Assembly (NCBI GenBank): GCA_963764725.1
Contig: CAVXTM010000001.1
Location: 96,001 to 160,000, forward strand
DNA length: 64,000 nucleotides
Direction: 5' to 3'
Source: an uncultured Gammaproteobacteria bacterium
GTDB taxonomy: Bacteria > Pseudomonadota > Gammaproteobacteria > JACCXJ01
How positions within the stretch are numbered: the stretch's first letter is position 1; the number at the start of each line of letters is the position of its first letter. This document shows, in pieces, positions 10,804 to 20,006 of this stretch. The notes beneath the pieces were generated by a model. That model searched no databases, was not told the DNA's origin, and saw nothing but the letters and a program-made list of their open reading frames with translations. Made by a program: the position numbers and the translations under genes.

Positions 10804-11595
10804 TCATATCGAATCTGACCCCATAGGCCCCTCGTCATCAGTCTTAGCCGACCTTTCCATCCACGGTTTGATGAGGTCGATGGGCAAAGGGAAGGCGATG
10901 ATGGAACCCCGCTCGCCTGCGATCTCGGTCAAGGTCTGGAGGTAGCGGAGCTGCATGGATTGGGGATTTTTGGCGAGCGTCTGGGCGGCCTGGAGCAGCT
11001 TCTCCGAGGCCTGCAATTCCCCTTCGGCATGAATGACCTTGGCGCGCCGCTCCCGTTCCGCCTCGGCCTGCTTTGCGATCGCCCGAATCATGCTCTCATT
11101 CAGGTCGATGCGCTTGATCTCCACATTGCTGACCTTGATCCCCCAGGCCACGGTCTGTTCGTCCAAGATCCTTTGCACGTGCGCGTTGAGTCGGTCGCGT
11201 TCGACGAGCATCTCGTCGAGCTCGTGCTGACCCAACACCGAGCGCAGGGTCGTCTGAGCGAGGAGGCTGGTGGCCGCATGGAAGTCCTCGACTTGAATGA
11301 TGGCCTTTTCGGGGTCTAGCACCCGGAAGTAGATAACCGCATCCACCTTCACCGAGACGTTGTCGCGGGAGATGATGTCTTGGGTGGGCACCTCCAGGAC
11401 CACCGTCCGCAGATCGACGCGTACCATCTGCTGAATCCCGGGAACGATGATGATGAGCCCAGGACCCTTCACTGTCTGAAAGCGTCCCAGGAAAAACACC
11501 ACGCCCCGCTGGTATTCAAGCAGAACGTTGAGAACGACCCAGAGGGTCAGGAAGGCGGCAATCAAAATGGTCAACGCTACAGTCAGGCTAGTCAT
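10804..11595 (-). CDS. SPFH/stomatin-like (slipin) protein
   Basis: [47 protein letters not shown]. Confidence 0.93.
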   Translation of the reverse strand: MTSLTVALTILIAAFLTLWVVLNVLLEYQRGVVFFLGRFQTVKGPGLIIIVPGIQQMVRVDLRTVVLEVPTQDIISRDNVSVKVDAVIYFRVLDPEKAIIQVEDFHAATSLLAQTTLRSVLGQHELDEMLVERDRLNAHVQRILDEQTVAWGIKVSNVEIKRIDLNESMIRAIAKQAEAERERRAKVIHAEGELQASEKLLQAAQTLAKNPQSMQLRYLQTLTEIAGERGSIIAFPLPIDLIKPWMERSAKTDDEGPMGSDSI

Positions 11596-11596
11596 G

Positions 11597-12970
11597 TCAA
11601 TGGTCCTCCAGTAGCGGTTCCACGATTAGAGTCAAACCTTCGATTCGGGTGACACGCACCTTTTGGCCGCGTTTTAGTGCGGCGATCGAGAATGCGTGCC
11701 AAGCCTCTCCGTGGGCCCGGACCCAGCCGGAACCGGCAAAATCCTCCACAGCTTGCCCGATGCTGCCGACCATCTCTTCGGCCCCACTCACCACGGGTCG
11801 CCGTCGTACTTTCAAGGCTTTCGCTAAGACCCCCATAAAAAACCCCGCACTAAGCAGTGCGACCCCTACGATCAAAGGGAGCGAAGGGGTATAGCCGCTG
11901 ATGTCCGGATCAAACAAGATCACGGAACCGATCACAAAGGCGATGACCCCGCCGATCCCCAGAGCGCCATAGCCGGAAGCGAATAGCTCGGCTACCATGA
12001 ACCCAATGCCGACCGCGATAAGCGCTAGCCCCGCGTAGTTGACCGGCAGGAGCTGAAACGCATACAGGGCGAGCAGCAGGCAGATGGCACCGATAACACC
12101 GGGCAGCACGTAGCCGGGATTCATGAGTTCGAAGAAGAGACCGTATGCTCCAAGCAACAGCAAGATATAGGCGATGGTGGGGTTAGTGATCACCCCGAGG
12201 AGTCGGCTGCGCCAATCCGCCTCGATAAACTCGACGCTCGCGTTGGCGGTGGTTAGCTTGCGGGTAAGCCCCTGCACCTTTACCTCGCGACCGTTTAACG
12301 CCTGCAGCAATTGGTTTAAATCCATCGCGATCAAATCAATTACCCCCTTCCGCAAGGCCTCTTCGGCCGAGAGACTCGCCCCCTCCCGCACCGCCTTTTC
12401 GGCCCATGCGGCGTTGCGTCCCCGTAGCTCGGCCAAACTTCGGATGTAGGCGACGGCATCGTTGACCAATTTCCTGGTCATGGCATCAGGCGGCGGCGCG
12501 CCCTCTTCGCCCTTGTCCTTCTCCCGCTTTTTGGTGTTCTTATCGCGCCCTTCGTCGAAGGGTTCGAAATCCGGAGCGGTGCCGATCTGCACGGGCGTCG
12601 CCGCGCCCAAGTTGGTCGCCGGTGCCATCGCCGCGACATGGGCCGCGTAAAGTATGTAGGTCCCCGCGCTGGCCGCCCTGGCGCCCGGAGGGGTTACATA
12701 GACGGCCACCGGCATCGGGGAGGCAATGATCGCCCGGATAATGTCGCGCATCGCGAGATCCAAACCGCCCGGGGTATTTAGTTGAATAACTACCAGATGG
12801 GCATTCCTCTCAGCGGCTTGGATCAATCCGCGTTGCAGATAGTCGCTGGTAGCGGGGGTGATAGCATCGTCCACCGTCAGAACAGTCACCCCATTCACGC
12901 CCTGCTTCCCTGCCACCAGCGGAACCATTGCCAGTAAGGATAAAAGCAATGCCCGTTTAATGCCGCTCAT
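11597..12970 (-). CDS. nfeD: NfeD family membrane-bound serine protease
   Basis: [23 protein letters not shown] block and C-terminal OB fold; canonical pairing with stomatin gene. Confidence 0.92.
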   Translation of the reverse strand: MSGIKRALLLSLLAMVPLVAGKQGVNGVTVLTVDDAITPATSDYLQRGLIQAAERNAHLVVIQLNTPGGLDLAMRDIIRAIIASPMPVAVYVTPPGARAASAGTYILYAAHVAAMAPATNLGAATPVQIGTAPDFEPFDEGRDKNTKKREKDKGEEGAPPPDAMTRKLVNDAVAYIRSLAELRGRNAAWAEKAVREGASLSAEEALRKGVIDLIAMDLNQLLQALNGREVKVQGLTRKLTTANASVEFIEADWRSRLLGVITNPTIAYILLLLGAYGLFFELMNPGYVLPGVIGAICLLLALYAFQLLPVNYAGLALIAVGIGFMVAELFASGYGALGIGGVIAFVIGSVILFDPDISGYTPSLPLIVGVALLSAGFFMGVLAKALKVRRRPVVSGAEEMVGSIGQAVEDFAGSGWVRAHGEAWHAFSIAALKRGQKVRVTRIEGLTLIVEPLLEDH

Positions 12971-13094
12971 TTGAGTACTTACACCCGCTTTAACATGCGG
13001 TCTCTGCTTTTAAGCATAGTCCAAAATGGTACCTTCAGCTGTCGCCATCGGACGCTCAAACAGCCCGTGCCGGGTGCGGGTAGAAACGGATCTC

Positions 13095-13496
13095 TCAGTC
13101 CTCGCGTGCCAGCCGGGCTTCGGCAAGATCGATTTCGCGCTCGAGGCGGATCAGCACGTCGTCGCCGATCTTGTCCTCTCGCCACAGCTTGATGAGTGCA
13201 TCGCGCTGCGCGGCGGCGGCGGCGAGCCATAGTCGCGTCTCGCTGTCGAGCGAAGTCGATCCACCCGAGCGATGCAGTGAAGGACTGTTGAAGAAGCGCT
13301 TCACGGCTACGGCCTCAGGCAGCACGATCGCGAGCATCAGGTGCGGCTCGAGCTGCAAACCCGGCCAGTCCCAGTCGTGCACGAATCCGAGTCCGATTCC
13401 TGCCAGGACCAGCACGACGGGGTAGGGGACGTAAATGCGGTTTGCCAGCCAGCCGGCTGCGATCGCGCACACCATCACCAGGATGAGTGAAATCAT
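13095..13496 (-). pseudogene. CPA1 Na+/H+ antiporter with large in-frame internal deletion
   Basis: N-terminus VPYPVVLVLAG...LEPHLMLAIVLP joined directly to the typical C-terminus QRDALIKLWREDKIGDDVLIRLEREIDLAEARL. Confidence 0.75.
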
Positions 13497-13513
13497 CAGG
13501 TCCTTTCCATTGC

Positions 13514-13576
13514 CTCTCGCGCTTGCGGGAGAGCAATTTTCCTCAGACTCTCTCCCGCGGGACGCGGGGGTGAGGG
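13514..13576. repeat. Two degenerate CTCTCCCGC..GCGGGAGAG REP-like palindromes
   Basis: ctctcgcgcttgcgggagag and ctctctcccgcgggacgcgggggtgaggg. Confidence 0.4.
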
Positions 13577-14049
13577 CATGTGCTACCGCGTCCTAGAGGA
13601 GTCAAGGTAAGGGCAACTCAATCGGGACGCTCACAGGATCCGCGGGACCGTAGCGGAACACCAATGCTAGCCCTTCGGCACCTCCGCGAGCAGGACTCGA
13701 ACTTTGCATCGCGGCTCGCGCTGGCGGCGAGCAATCGTGGGTCCACAATCACGGGGCCAGTCGTCTATTATTTTCCAAACGAACTGCAACCAATTGGCGT
13801 AGCCCTTTCCGTCATTAGGCCTGTCACGGATCCCCGCTACGGTCGGAGGCTTTCCTCAACAAAATCAAGAGGTAAGGAGATCGTCCCATGCATTCAATCA
13901 GAGTCGCCGCGGCGATTTCCGCGAGCTGCAGCAGCTTGTTCCCGCCCAATCCGACGCCGCACCGCCCGTAGGAAGTTGAGCCTACCCGTATAATCCCGTT
14001 ATATTCGGGCCATAGAGGTCCCTATGAAGCGGGGAAAAGGCCTATTTTA

Positions 14050-14736
14050 ATGCGAAACGACAGCGCCGACTCAAAGGCATATAACCTTTTTCTGGAAGGA
14101 GACCTGGAAAAATGGGGAGAAAATCTTCCCGCCCTTGTAGAAATCAATGTGCCCGACAAAGGACTGATTTATCGCGAGGGCGATCGGTCTTCCAAGGTCT
14201 TTTGTATTATCAGTGGGGTCGTTAAGCTCTCTGTGATGACAGCACAGGGGAACGAATTGACTACGGCCCTTCTTCGGCGCGGCGAAATTTTTGGGTCTTT
14301 GCAGCCCGAGTCATTACAAGAAACAAAGGAAACAGCACAAGCGGTGGGAGAAGTAAGAGCCTATCAGATCAACCGTGACGAATTTAAGGCACTGTTATCC
14401 CAACAGCCCCGACTATCGTGGTGGTTCATCGAAGCCTTATGCACCCAGCGGCAGCGGACCGAACGCAAACTTCAAAACATCCTAACGCAGACAGTAGAGA
14501 TGCGCGTGCTCGGAACATTAAAAGAGTTGTCTGAGGTGTTCGGTGTGCGATGTCTGCACGGATATGCTTTGGAGATCCGTTTGACCCAGCAGGATCTCGC
14601 AGACTTAGTGGGTGCCAGCCGTTCGGTCGTGAGCACTGTTATGAATGAGCTCAGACGGCGCGGTATGCTCGATTACACGCGAGATCTGATTTGTATTAAT
14701 GATCCTGCGTTATCGGATCTTCGCACAGCGAGATAA
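14050..14736 (+). CDS. Crp/Fnr family transcriptional regulator
   Basis: IYREGD...SGVVKLS...GEIFG cNMP-binding fold; HTH LTQQDLADLVGASRSVVSTVM. Confidence 0.92.
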   Translation: MRNDSADSKAYNLFLEGDLEKWGENLPALVEINVPDKGLIYREGDRSSKVFCIISGVVKLSVMTAQGNELTTALLRRGEIFGSLQPESLQETKETAQAVGEVRAYQINRDEFKALLSQQPRLSWWFIEALCTQRQRTERKLQNILTQTVEMRVLGTLKELSEVFGVRCLHGYALEIRLTQQDLADLVGASRSVVSTVMNELRRRGMLDYTRDLICINDPALSDLRTAR

Positions 14737-14762
14737 AACTCTTATTGTCTCCGCTGTCTTCG

Positions 14763-14778
14763 TGTTATCCAGATAACA
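14763..14778. promoter_or_regulatory. Palindromic TGT-N10-ACA candidate Crp-family operator
   Basis: TGTTATC-CA-GATAACA perfect 7-bp arms, ~65 bp upstream of the next gene. Confidence 0.55.
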
Positions 14779-14841
14779 GACATCGTTGTTTGCCGCGCAT
14801 TAAACTGTCGCGGTGATAATCATCTAAAAGAGGAGAGTGCC

Positions 14842-15201
14842 GTGAAAATTCTCAACCCACGTACACATGGCTATCTTGATTATGTAACTGTGATTCTATT
14901 TTTAGTCGCCCCAACGATTCTCGGGTTGACCGGAATACCCGCGATGCTTGCCTACGCCTTGGCTATCATTCATCTGGTAATGACTCTTGTCACGGATTTT
15001 CCTTTGGGGGTTGTCCCGTTCATCCCCTTCACGATCCATGGTTGGGTAGAGCGTGTGGTAGGACCGTTGCTTATTATCGTGCCCTTTGTGCTCGGCTTTT
15101 CGACTGATTTGGCGGCACGAAATTTTTATGTGGCGATCGGCGTTGTCATCGTCCTAGTCGGATTGGTCACCGATTATAAGGGGACAGAAACACAAACTTG
15201 A
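14842..15201 (+). CDS. SPW-repeat-like four-TM membrane protein
   Basis: THGYLDY...LVTDFPLG...IHGWVE...LVTDY internal repeat; RBS GAGGAG. Confidence 0.75.
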   Translation: MKILNPRTHGYLDYVTVILFLVAPTILGLTGIPAMLAYALAIIHLVMTLVTDFPLGVVPFIPFTIHGWVERVVGPLLIIVPFVLGFSTDLAARNFYVAIGVVIVLVGLVTDYKGTETQT

Positions 15202-15364
15202 ACGGGGCCAGTAGGCCTGGCGCCTCTAATCCCGATGTTGGGGACAACCTCATGGTTCAAACTCGCTCTGCGGCCCGGACGACGAATGATGCAGAAGTGC
15301 CTCCGAAGCTCGGATGATTTGGCACCGACACCGTTATCGTTGTGCTCGATAATTTCTTCTGCAT

Positions 15365-15395
15365 GGCGGGACCGTGAGGTCTCTCCTATCCTGAT
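15365..15395 (+). mobile_element. Possible group IIC intron 3' end (domain VI stub)
   Basis: GGGACC-GTGA-GGTCTC GNRA hairpin followed by TCCTATCCTGAT. Confidence 0.4.
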
Positions 15396-15447
15396 TTAGG
15401 TGTGTTGCACAAGGCTGTGGCAGGGCGAAATAAGAGAAGATGACAGC

Positions 15448-15687
15448 ATGAACTCACAAATTACCGGATTGCGAGTTGCTAGTGTTGCGTTCGGTCTGAT
15501 GGCCATCGCGCAATTGGTGCGGCTAGCGATACGCCCAGAGGTACTGGTGGCCGGTCATCCGATGCCGTTGTGGCCAAGTGTGCTGGCCTTCATCATTTTG
15601 GGCGGTCTGAGTCTTTGGATGTGGAAACTCGCTCGCACGCCGAGCAAATTGAACGAATCTGGAGGGCCCGTGCGGCGTAACCCATAA
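15448..15687 (+). CDS. Small two-TM membrane protein
   Basis: GLRVASVAFGLMAIAQLVRL...GHPMPLWPSVLAFIILGGLSLWMWKL. Confidence 0.7.
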   Translation: MNSQITGLRVASVAFGLMAIAQLVRLAIRPEVLVAGHPMPLWPSVLAFIILGGLSLWMWKLARTPSKLNESGGPVRRNP

Positions 15688-15732
15688 GGATTAAGACGAC
15701 CCGAAGTTGTCGTTTCAATCCTTAATGGGTTA
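15678..15732. repeat. 55-bp near-perfect inverted repeat between convergent genes
   Basis: TAACCCATAAGGATTAAGACGAC-ccgaagtt-GTCGTTTCAATCCTTAATGGGTTA. Confidence 0.8.
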
Positions 15733-15765
15733 AACGGCAGCCGTGTCAGATGGAGGCACCCATGC

Positions 15766-16197
15766 CTACTCAGCGAGGTAGTGGAGCGCTGCGCGAGCCG
15801 CAATGAACCAAACAGCCAGAGTGGAGAACAAGTAAAGATAGAACCGCAGTATCACGATATTGACCGTGCAATGGACTGCGCTGTGAAGCGCGCGAAAGAC
15901 AACGAAGACCCACGCGGCACTCACGTACGTGGCATCGACCTGGCTCGTGACGAAGAGATACAGCGCGAGCGCATAGAAGATCACCGGGATCTCGAAGAGG
16001 TTCTTCAGGTTGTCCGATGGATTGGACACGGCTGGTGGGGAAAGCTGAGCGAGCGCACCGGGCACGACCAGATCCTTCTGTCTCAGCTTGTTGCCCCTGA
16101 TGAAGCTGATGCGCCGGATGTACATATAAACCCATACGAGCAGCGTAAGGAGCACCGTCGCGAACACCGGACCAAAGATCGCTGTCTGCGGCACCAT
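15766..16197 (-). CDS. MAPEG family membrane protein (gene-cassette-like)
   Basis: MYIRRI, SDNLKNLFEIPVIFY, AWVFVVFRALHSAVH, LRFYLY. Confidence 0.88.
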   Translation of the reverse strand: MVPQTAIFGPVFATVLLTLLVWVYMYIRRISFIRGNKLRQKDLVVPGALAQLSPPAVSNPSDNLKNLFEIPVIFYALALYLFVTSQVDATYVSAAWVFVVFRALHSAVHCTVNIVILRFYLYLFSTLAVWFIAARAALHYLAE

Positions 16198-16236
16198 GTT
16201 TTCCGCCTCGGAAGTCGCGCCTCAGTGGTTGGGGCC

Positions 16237-16317
16237 GTCTAACGCGCCACATGACCCGCCGGCGAACCGCGGGCGTGAGCCCGCTCGTAGACGATCCGAT
16301 CGATGTGGAGGTTGAGC
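16237..16317 (-). mobile_element. Integron attC-like recombination site
   Basis: Minus strand: GCTCAAC (RYYYAAC) ... CACAT[C]GAT / GTCATGTG with an extrahelical C, central GCGGGC-TCAC-GCCCGC hairpin ... GTTAGAC (GTTRRRY). Confidence 0.72.
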
Positions 16318-16375
16318 GGTAGTGGGTAGGGTCATCTTCCTTTGCGCTTGATACGCAACGTTACGAATGCGCCGC

Positions 16376-16760
16376 TCAATAACCGAGTGCGATGCTGAAC
16401 AATGCGGCTGCGGCAAGCGACGCTGCCGTCCGAACGTGGTTCCAGGCCGTCCAGCTAGCGACGTAGCCGGCCCACAGGCTCGTGCCGTCGGGATCGGCCG
16501 GAACAACTGATGCTAGCGCCTCGTTCTTGGGCACGTTGCAGACGATCGTCACCAACACTGTGCCGACCAGATAGAACGCGCTGGCAATGAGTAAGTAGAC
16601 AGCTTCCGGTTTGTACCATCGCAACATTGAGGCGACCAACGCAAGCAGGCACGCCGCAGCTGTGCCAAAGAACGCGCCCAGGAACCATGGATTCAGGACG
16701 GTAATGTTGATCGATTGCATGGCGGCGATACCCTCGCTGGGAGAAAGGCCAGCGCCATCG
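16376..16760 (-). pseudogene. DUF1772/anthrone oxygenase family membrane protein, 5'-truncated
   Basis: EGIAAMQSIN...NVPKNEALA...WTAWNHVRT; the first TM helix and a valid start are missing. Confidence 0.75.
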
Positions 16761-16970
16761 AAAAGATGTTGAGCAGCGGCGACCACGAGCTCGGAGCGCG
16801 CACAACGACATGGGCGCTTACTCAATATCCGTCCAACAAGAAATTGCAAGAGCTTAAGGAGCTTGCTTTCTTGAAACTAAAAGAGAAATACCAGGAGTTC
16901 AATCCCTTCAAGTTCATTATCTACTCACAGTCTATCCATCATGAAACGCCCCAGTTGCAGCAATTCCTGC
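16757..16970 (+). pseudogene. C-terminal fragment of an unidentified protein (recalled as resembling an MBL-fold hydrolase tail)
   Basis: Lower-GC, protein-like stretch LAFLKLKEKYQEFNPFKFIIYSQSIHHETPQL with no credible start. Confidence 0.4.
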
Positions 16971-16994
16971 CTAACAAAGGCATTGAGGCGACGC

Positions 16995-17152
16995 TGAACC
17001 TCCCCCGAAAAAGTAGACACCTTGATCTAACCAAAGAGGAGGTGTCGGATGCCGAGAGCAGGGCTGAGAAAGATTATTCGCTACAGTGGTGAATTCAAGG
17101 TCACGGCGGTAAAACTGACCCTTGCCAGGGGTGCTGATTCAAGATATTGCAC
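16995..17152 (+). mobile_element. IS3-family left end with OrfA stub
   Basis: IRL-like TGAACCTCCCCCGAAAAAGTAGACACC, RBS GAGGAGG, MPRAGLRKIIRYSGEFKVTAVKL(frameshift)LPGVLIQDIA. Confidence 0.75.
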
Positions 17153-17344
17153 GCTGGGCAGGCAGAGTTGTCATTGTGAAAACATCCGAGCTTGTCCCCT
17201 TTAGCTTTATGCGGTGATCTAGTCGCTCATGCGGGTCTCCGTTTGTCTGGAAAGGCGCTAAGTCTATCCCCGGCGCCCTAGCCCATTCAGCCCCGGTTAA
17301 TCGACCCCCTCGATAATTCGGCACAGCCGGATGAGGAATGAGCC

Positions 17345-18808
17345 ATGAATACACTCATGAAACTGATCTGGATCCTGGTCCTGTGGGTCCCGTTATCCTT
17401 GCCAGCCGCCGCGACGCTGGTCTTTGAGGATGACAAAGCGCATTTCAGCCGTGCCGAGCTGGACCAGATGCTGGCGCCGATTGCGCTCTATCCGGACACG
17501 ATGCTCTCCCACGTCCTAATTGCTTCGACGTATCCACTCGAAGTGGTCGAGGCGGCGCGGTGGTCGCACCGGCACCCGGATCTACAGGGCGAAGAGGCGG
17601 TGGAGGCGATCGAGGACATGGACTGGGACCCCAGCGTCAAGGCCCTCGTGGCATTCCCGGAAATCCTCGCCCGCATGGACGAGGACCTGGAGTGGATCCA
17701 GCGCCTCGGCGAAGCGTTCCTGGCGCAGGAAGCGCAGGTGATGGACAGCGTGCAGGGCCTGCGCGAGCGGGCGTATGCGGTCGGCAGCCTGAATTCGCTG
17801 GAACACGTGCGCGTGATTCGCGAGCGGGAAGCGATCGTCATCGAGCCAGCCTTCAGCCACATCGTCTACTTGCCGTACTACGACCCCTGGTCCATCTACG
17901 GCACATGGTGGTGGCCGGCGAACCGCCCGTACTGCTGGAGAAATTGGCTCGGTCACCCGGTTGCTTACTACGGGCCTGGGTTCCACTGGGGCGTCGGCTT
18001 CGGGGTTTCACCGGTCTCTCATTTCAGTTCTTTCAACTGGCATCGGCGCCAGGTCGTGGTGGTGCATCACCATCACCCATGGCCGATCCGCTCCGGTTTG
18101 GAAGTTGCGCGGCACGGGGATGCCCGCCACTGGCGGCACGACCGCACCCACCGGCGGGGCGTGGCCCACCACAACAAGCGGCTGAACCATGACTATGGCC
18201 ACAACCGCCGCAACGCCGTGGACCGGGAACAGAGCCTGGCGCGCCGCGAATCCCCCGTGGGACGAAGCGGCAACGAGCGCCACAAAGACAACGCAGACCG
18301 CGATGAGCGCGAGCGGGTTCGAACCCAGTTGCACGAACGCCGGCGTGACGAAAACCGCGATGCGTATCGCTCACGGAACCGCGGCGATTCGCGTTTCGAG
18401 ACACGTTCAAGCCGGCATTCCGACGATCCGAGACCTAAGTTTCGTGGCCACGACGACGGATCTGTGGGCGGTGATGGCAATCGGCCGCGCGCACCTGAAT
18501 CGCGCGCTCGCCCGGAACGTCCGGCCCGGCAACCACACTATGCCGATCGCGCTGCCGCCCGCGCGGAGGAAAGGCGTCCGAAAGATCCACGCGACACTCG
18601 CCGCGAACAATTTGAAAGGCGCGAGACACGCCGAGGGCCAGATGCGAACGCTTCCGACCGTGAGGTGGCGAGCGGCCGTCATCCATCACGGGAGGCACGT
18701 GAACCGCGACGTTCCAGCCATGGCCCTGACAATCCCGAGCAAGCAGTCCGCGGACGACCCGAACGTCACGACGGCCGCGGGCGAGGGAAGCGCGACCGCG
18801 ACGCCTAG
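17345..18808 (+). CDS. DUF3300 domain protein with long Arg/Asp/His-rich tail
   Basis: Signal peptide; ELDQMLAPIALYPD, ASTYPLEVVEAARW, WDPSVKALVAFP, VYLPYYDP. Confidence 0.9.
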   Translation: MNTLMKLIWILVLWVPLSLPAAATLVFEDDKAHFSRAELDQMLAPIALYPDTMLSHVLIASTYPLEVVEAARWSHRHPDLQGEEAVEAIEDMDWDPSVKALVAFPEILARMDEDLEWIQRLGEAFLAQEAQVMDSVQGLRERAYAVGSLNSLEHVRVIREREAIVIEPAFSHIVYLPYYDPWSIYGTWWWPANRPYCWRNWLGHPVAYYGPGFHWGVGFGVSPVSHFSSFNWHRRQVVVVHHHHPWPIRSGLEVARHGDARHWRHDRTHRRGVAHHNKRLNHDYGHNRRNAVDREQSLARRESPVGRSGNERHKDNADRDERERVRTQLHERRRDENRDAYRSRNRGDSRFETRSSRHSDDPRPKFRGHDDGSVGGDGNRPRAPESRARPERPARQPHYADRAAARAEERRPKDPRDTRREQFERRETRRGPDANASDREVASGRHPSREAREPRRSSHGPDNPEQAVRGRPERHDGRGRGKRDRDA

Positions 18809-18870
18809 CATAAAAAACCAGCGTGACCTGACCCCTTCCACTGCCCTTCCATAAGGTATGTAACAAACGC

Positions 18871-19091
18871 AGTCCCTCGGACGGCTTTTCGCTCAAGCCC
18901 TACTTTCGGATCCCGCCCTGGGTCAGTTGCGCGGGATCTAATAAGCGAGGTCCTCTTCAGAGAGGTCGGTCAGTTCGCGCGCCACCTCGCGCACTGAGCG
19001 GCCTTCCTTGTACGCCCGGCTGGCGATTCTGCGCGCCTTTTTTCGTAGCCGATAAGCGCGTTCAAGGCCGTGACCAAGATCGGGTTGCGTT
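18871..19091 (-). pseudogene. Degenerate duplicate of fumC 3' end plus downstream bases
   Basis: ~220-bp direct repeat of 20788-21011 with indels (RNPILVTALNALIGYEK...). Confidence 0.92.
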
Positions 19092-19169
19092 TCACGGGGG
19101 GATCCGGCCATGGACGAGAAGGCTCGAACGGTGGTCTAGTTCCGATTGCCGGAAGCTTGATTGATCTCC

Positions 19170-19186
19170 GTATAGTTCCGCTATAC
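19170..19186. promoter_or_regulatory. Candidate HigA operator
   Basis: GTATAG-ttccg-CTATAC palindrome just upstream of higB. Confidence 0.6.
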
Positions 19187-19196
19187 ATTGAGGGCG

Positions 19197-19475
19197 GTGA
19201 TCAAGAGTTTTCAGCACAAGGGGATCGAGTCTTTCTTCAAAACAGGGAGCAAGGCAGGAATTCAACCTCGGCACGAACACCGGCTGCGCCTTCAATTGGG
19301 CGCTTTGGACGCCGCCGTCGGGCCGGATGGGATGAACTTCCCGGGCTGGAAACTGCATCCACTCAAAGGCGAGCTTGCTCGTCATTGGGCGGTCAGGATC
19401 GACAAAAGCTGGCGTTTGACCTTTGCCTTTGAAGGGCAAGACGCGGTATTGGTGAACTATCAGAATTATCATTAA
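19197..19475 (+). CDS. higB: HigB-like (RelE/ParE family) toxin
   Basis: IKSFQHKG...LHPLKG...[13 protein letters not shown]...YQNYH; toxin-first gene order. Confidence 0.92.
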   Translation: MIKSFQHKGIESFFKTGSKAGIQPRHEHRLRLQLGALDAAVGPDGMNFPGWKLHPLKGELARHWAVRIDKSWRLTFAFEGQDAVLVNYQNYH

Positions 19476-19488
19476 TCGGAACAAAACG

Positions 19489-19779
19489 ATGACGCGCATG
19501 TTTAATCCACCCCATCCAGGCGAAGTGCTGAAAGATGGGGTGTTTTCGGATACGGGTATTACCGTCACCGAGGCGGCCAAGGCATTGGGTATAACCCGTG
19601 CGGCTTTATCCCGGATAGTCAATGGCAAAGCCGGGATCAGCGCGGAGATGGCGTTGCGCCTTGGGCAGTGGCTCGGCAGTGGACCCGAGGTCTGGCTCAA
19701 TATGCAGTCCGCCTATGACCTTTGGCAGGCGGAGCAGAGGCCACGCCCCAGAATCGAGCGGCTTGCGGTGAGAAGTTAG
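19489..19779 (+). CDS. higA: HigA family antitoxin
   Basis: [11 protein letters not shown]...[30 protein letters not shown]...[10 protein letters not shown]. Confidence 0.93.
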   Translation: MTRMFNPPHPGEVLKDGVFSDTGITVTEAAKALGITRAALSRIVNGKAGISAEMALRLGQWLGSGPEVWLNMQSAYDLWQAEQRPRPRIERLAVRS

Positions 19780-19874
19780 TCAGTCGGCTCGATGAGTATG
19801 CGGCGCGGCCCCAGATGTCTCGCCCGGATGGGCAAGGTCAATTCAATAGCGTTAAGAACCGAGTCCAAGCTCGC

Positions 19875-19959
19875 GTATAGGGCGCAATAGGCGATACCCG
19901 TATTTGCGCCGCATGGGTGTGTCGTTTGGCGCAATATGAAGCTGCTATTGCGCCCGTAC
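19875..19959. repeat. GTAG-type REP doublet (inverted pair)
   Basis: gtatagggcgcaata...tatttgcgcc and ggcgcaata...ctattgcgcccgtac. Confidence 0.6.
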
Positions 19960-20006
19960 TACGGGCTGATGAATTGTTATACTAGTGATGAAGCACATTT
20001 CTGGGA

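Noticed and set aside
13580-13993. 137-aa ORF upstream of the Crp regulator
   Set aside because: No motif or RBS, and composition is not protein-like
15700-15732. GTTTCAATCC resembles a CRISPR repeat end
   Set aside because: Single occurrence within a palindrome; no repeat-spacer periodicity and no cas genes
16376-17092. ORF-track 157-aa and 125-aa overlapping divergent genes as intact CDSs
   Set aside because: Their N-termini are read from each other's antisense strand; both are 5'-truncated fragments
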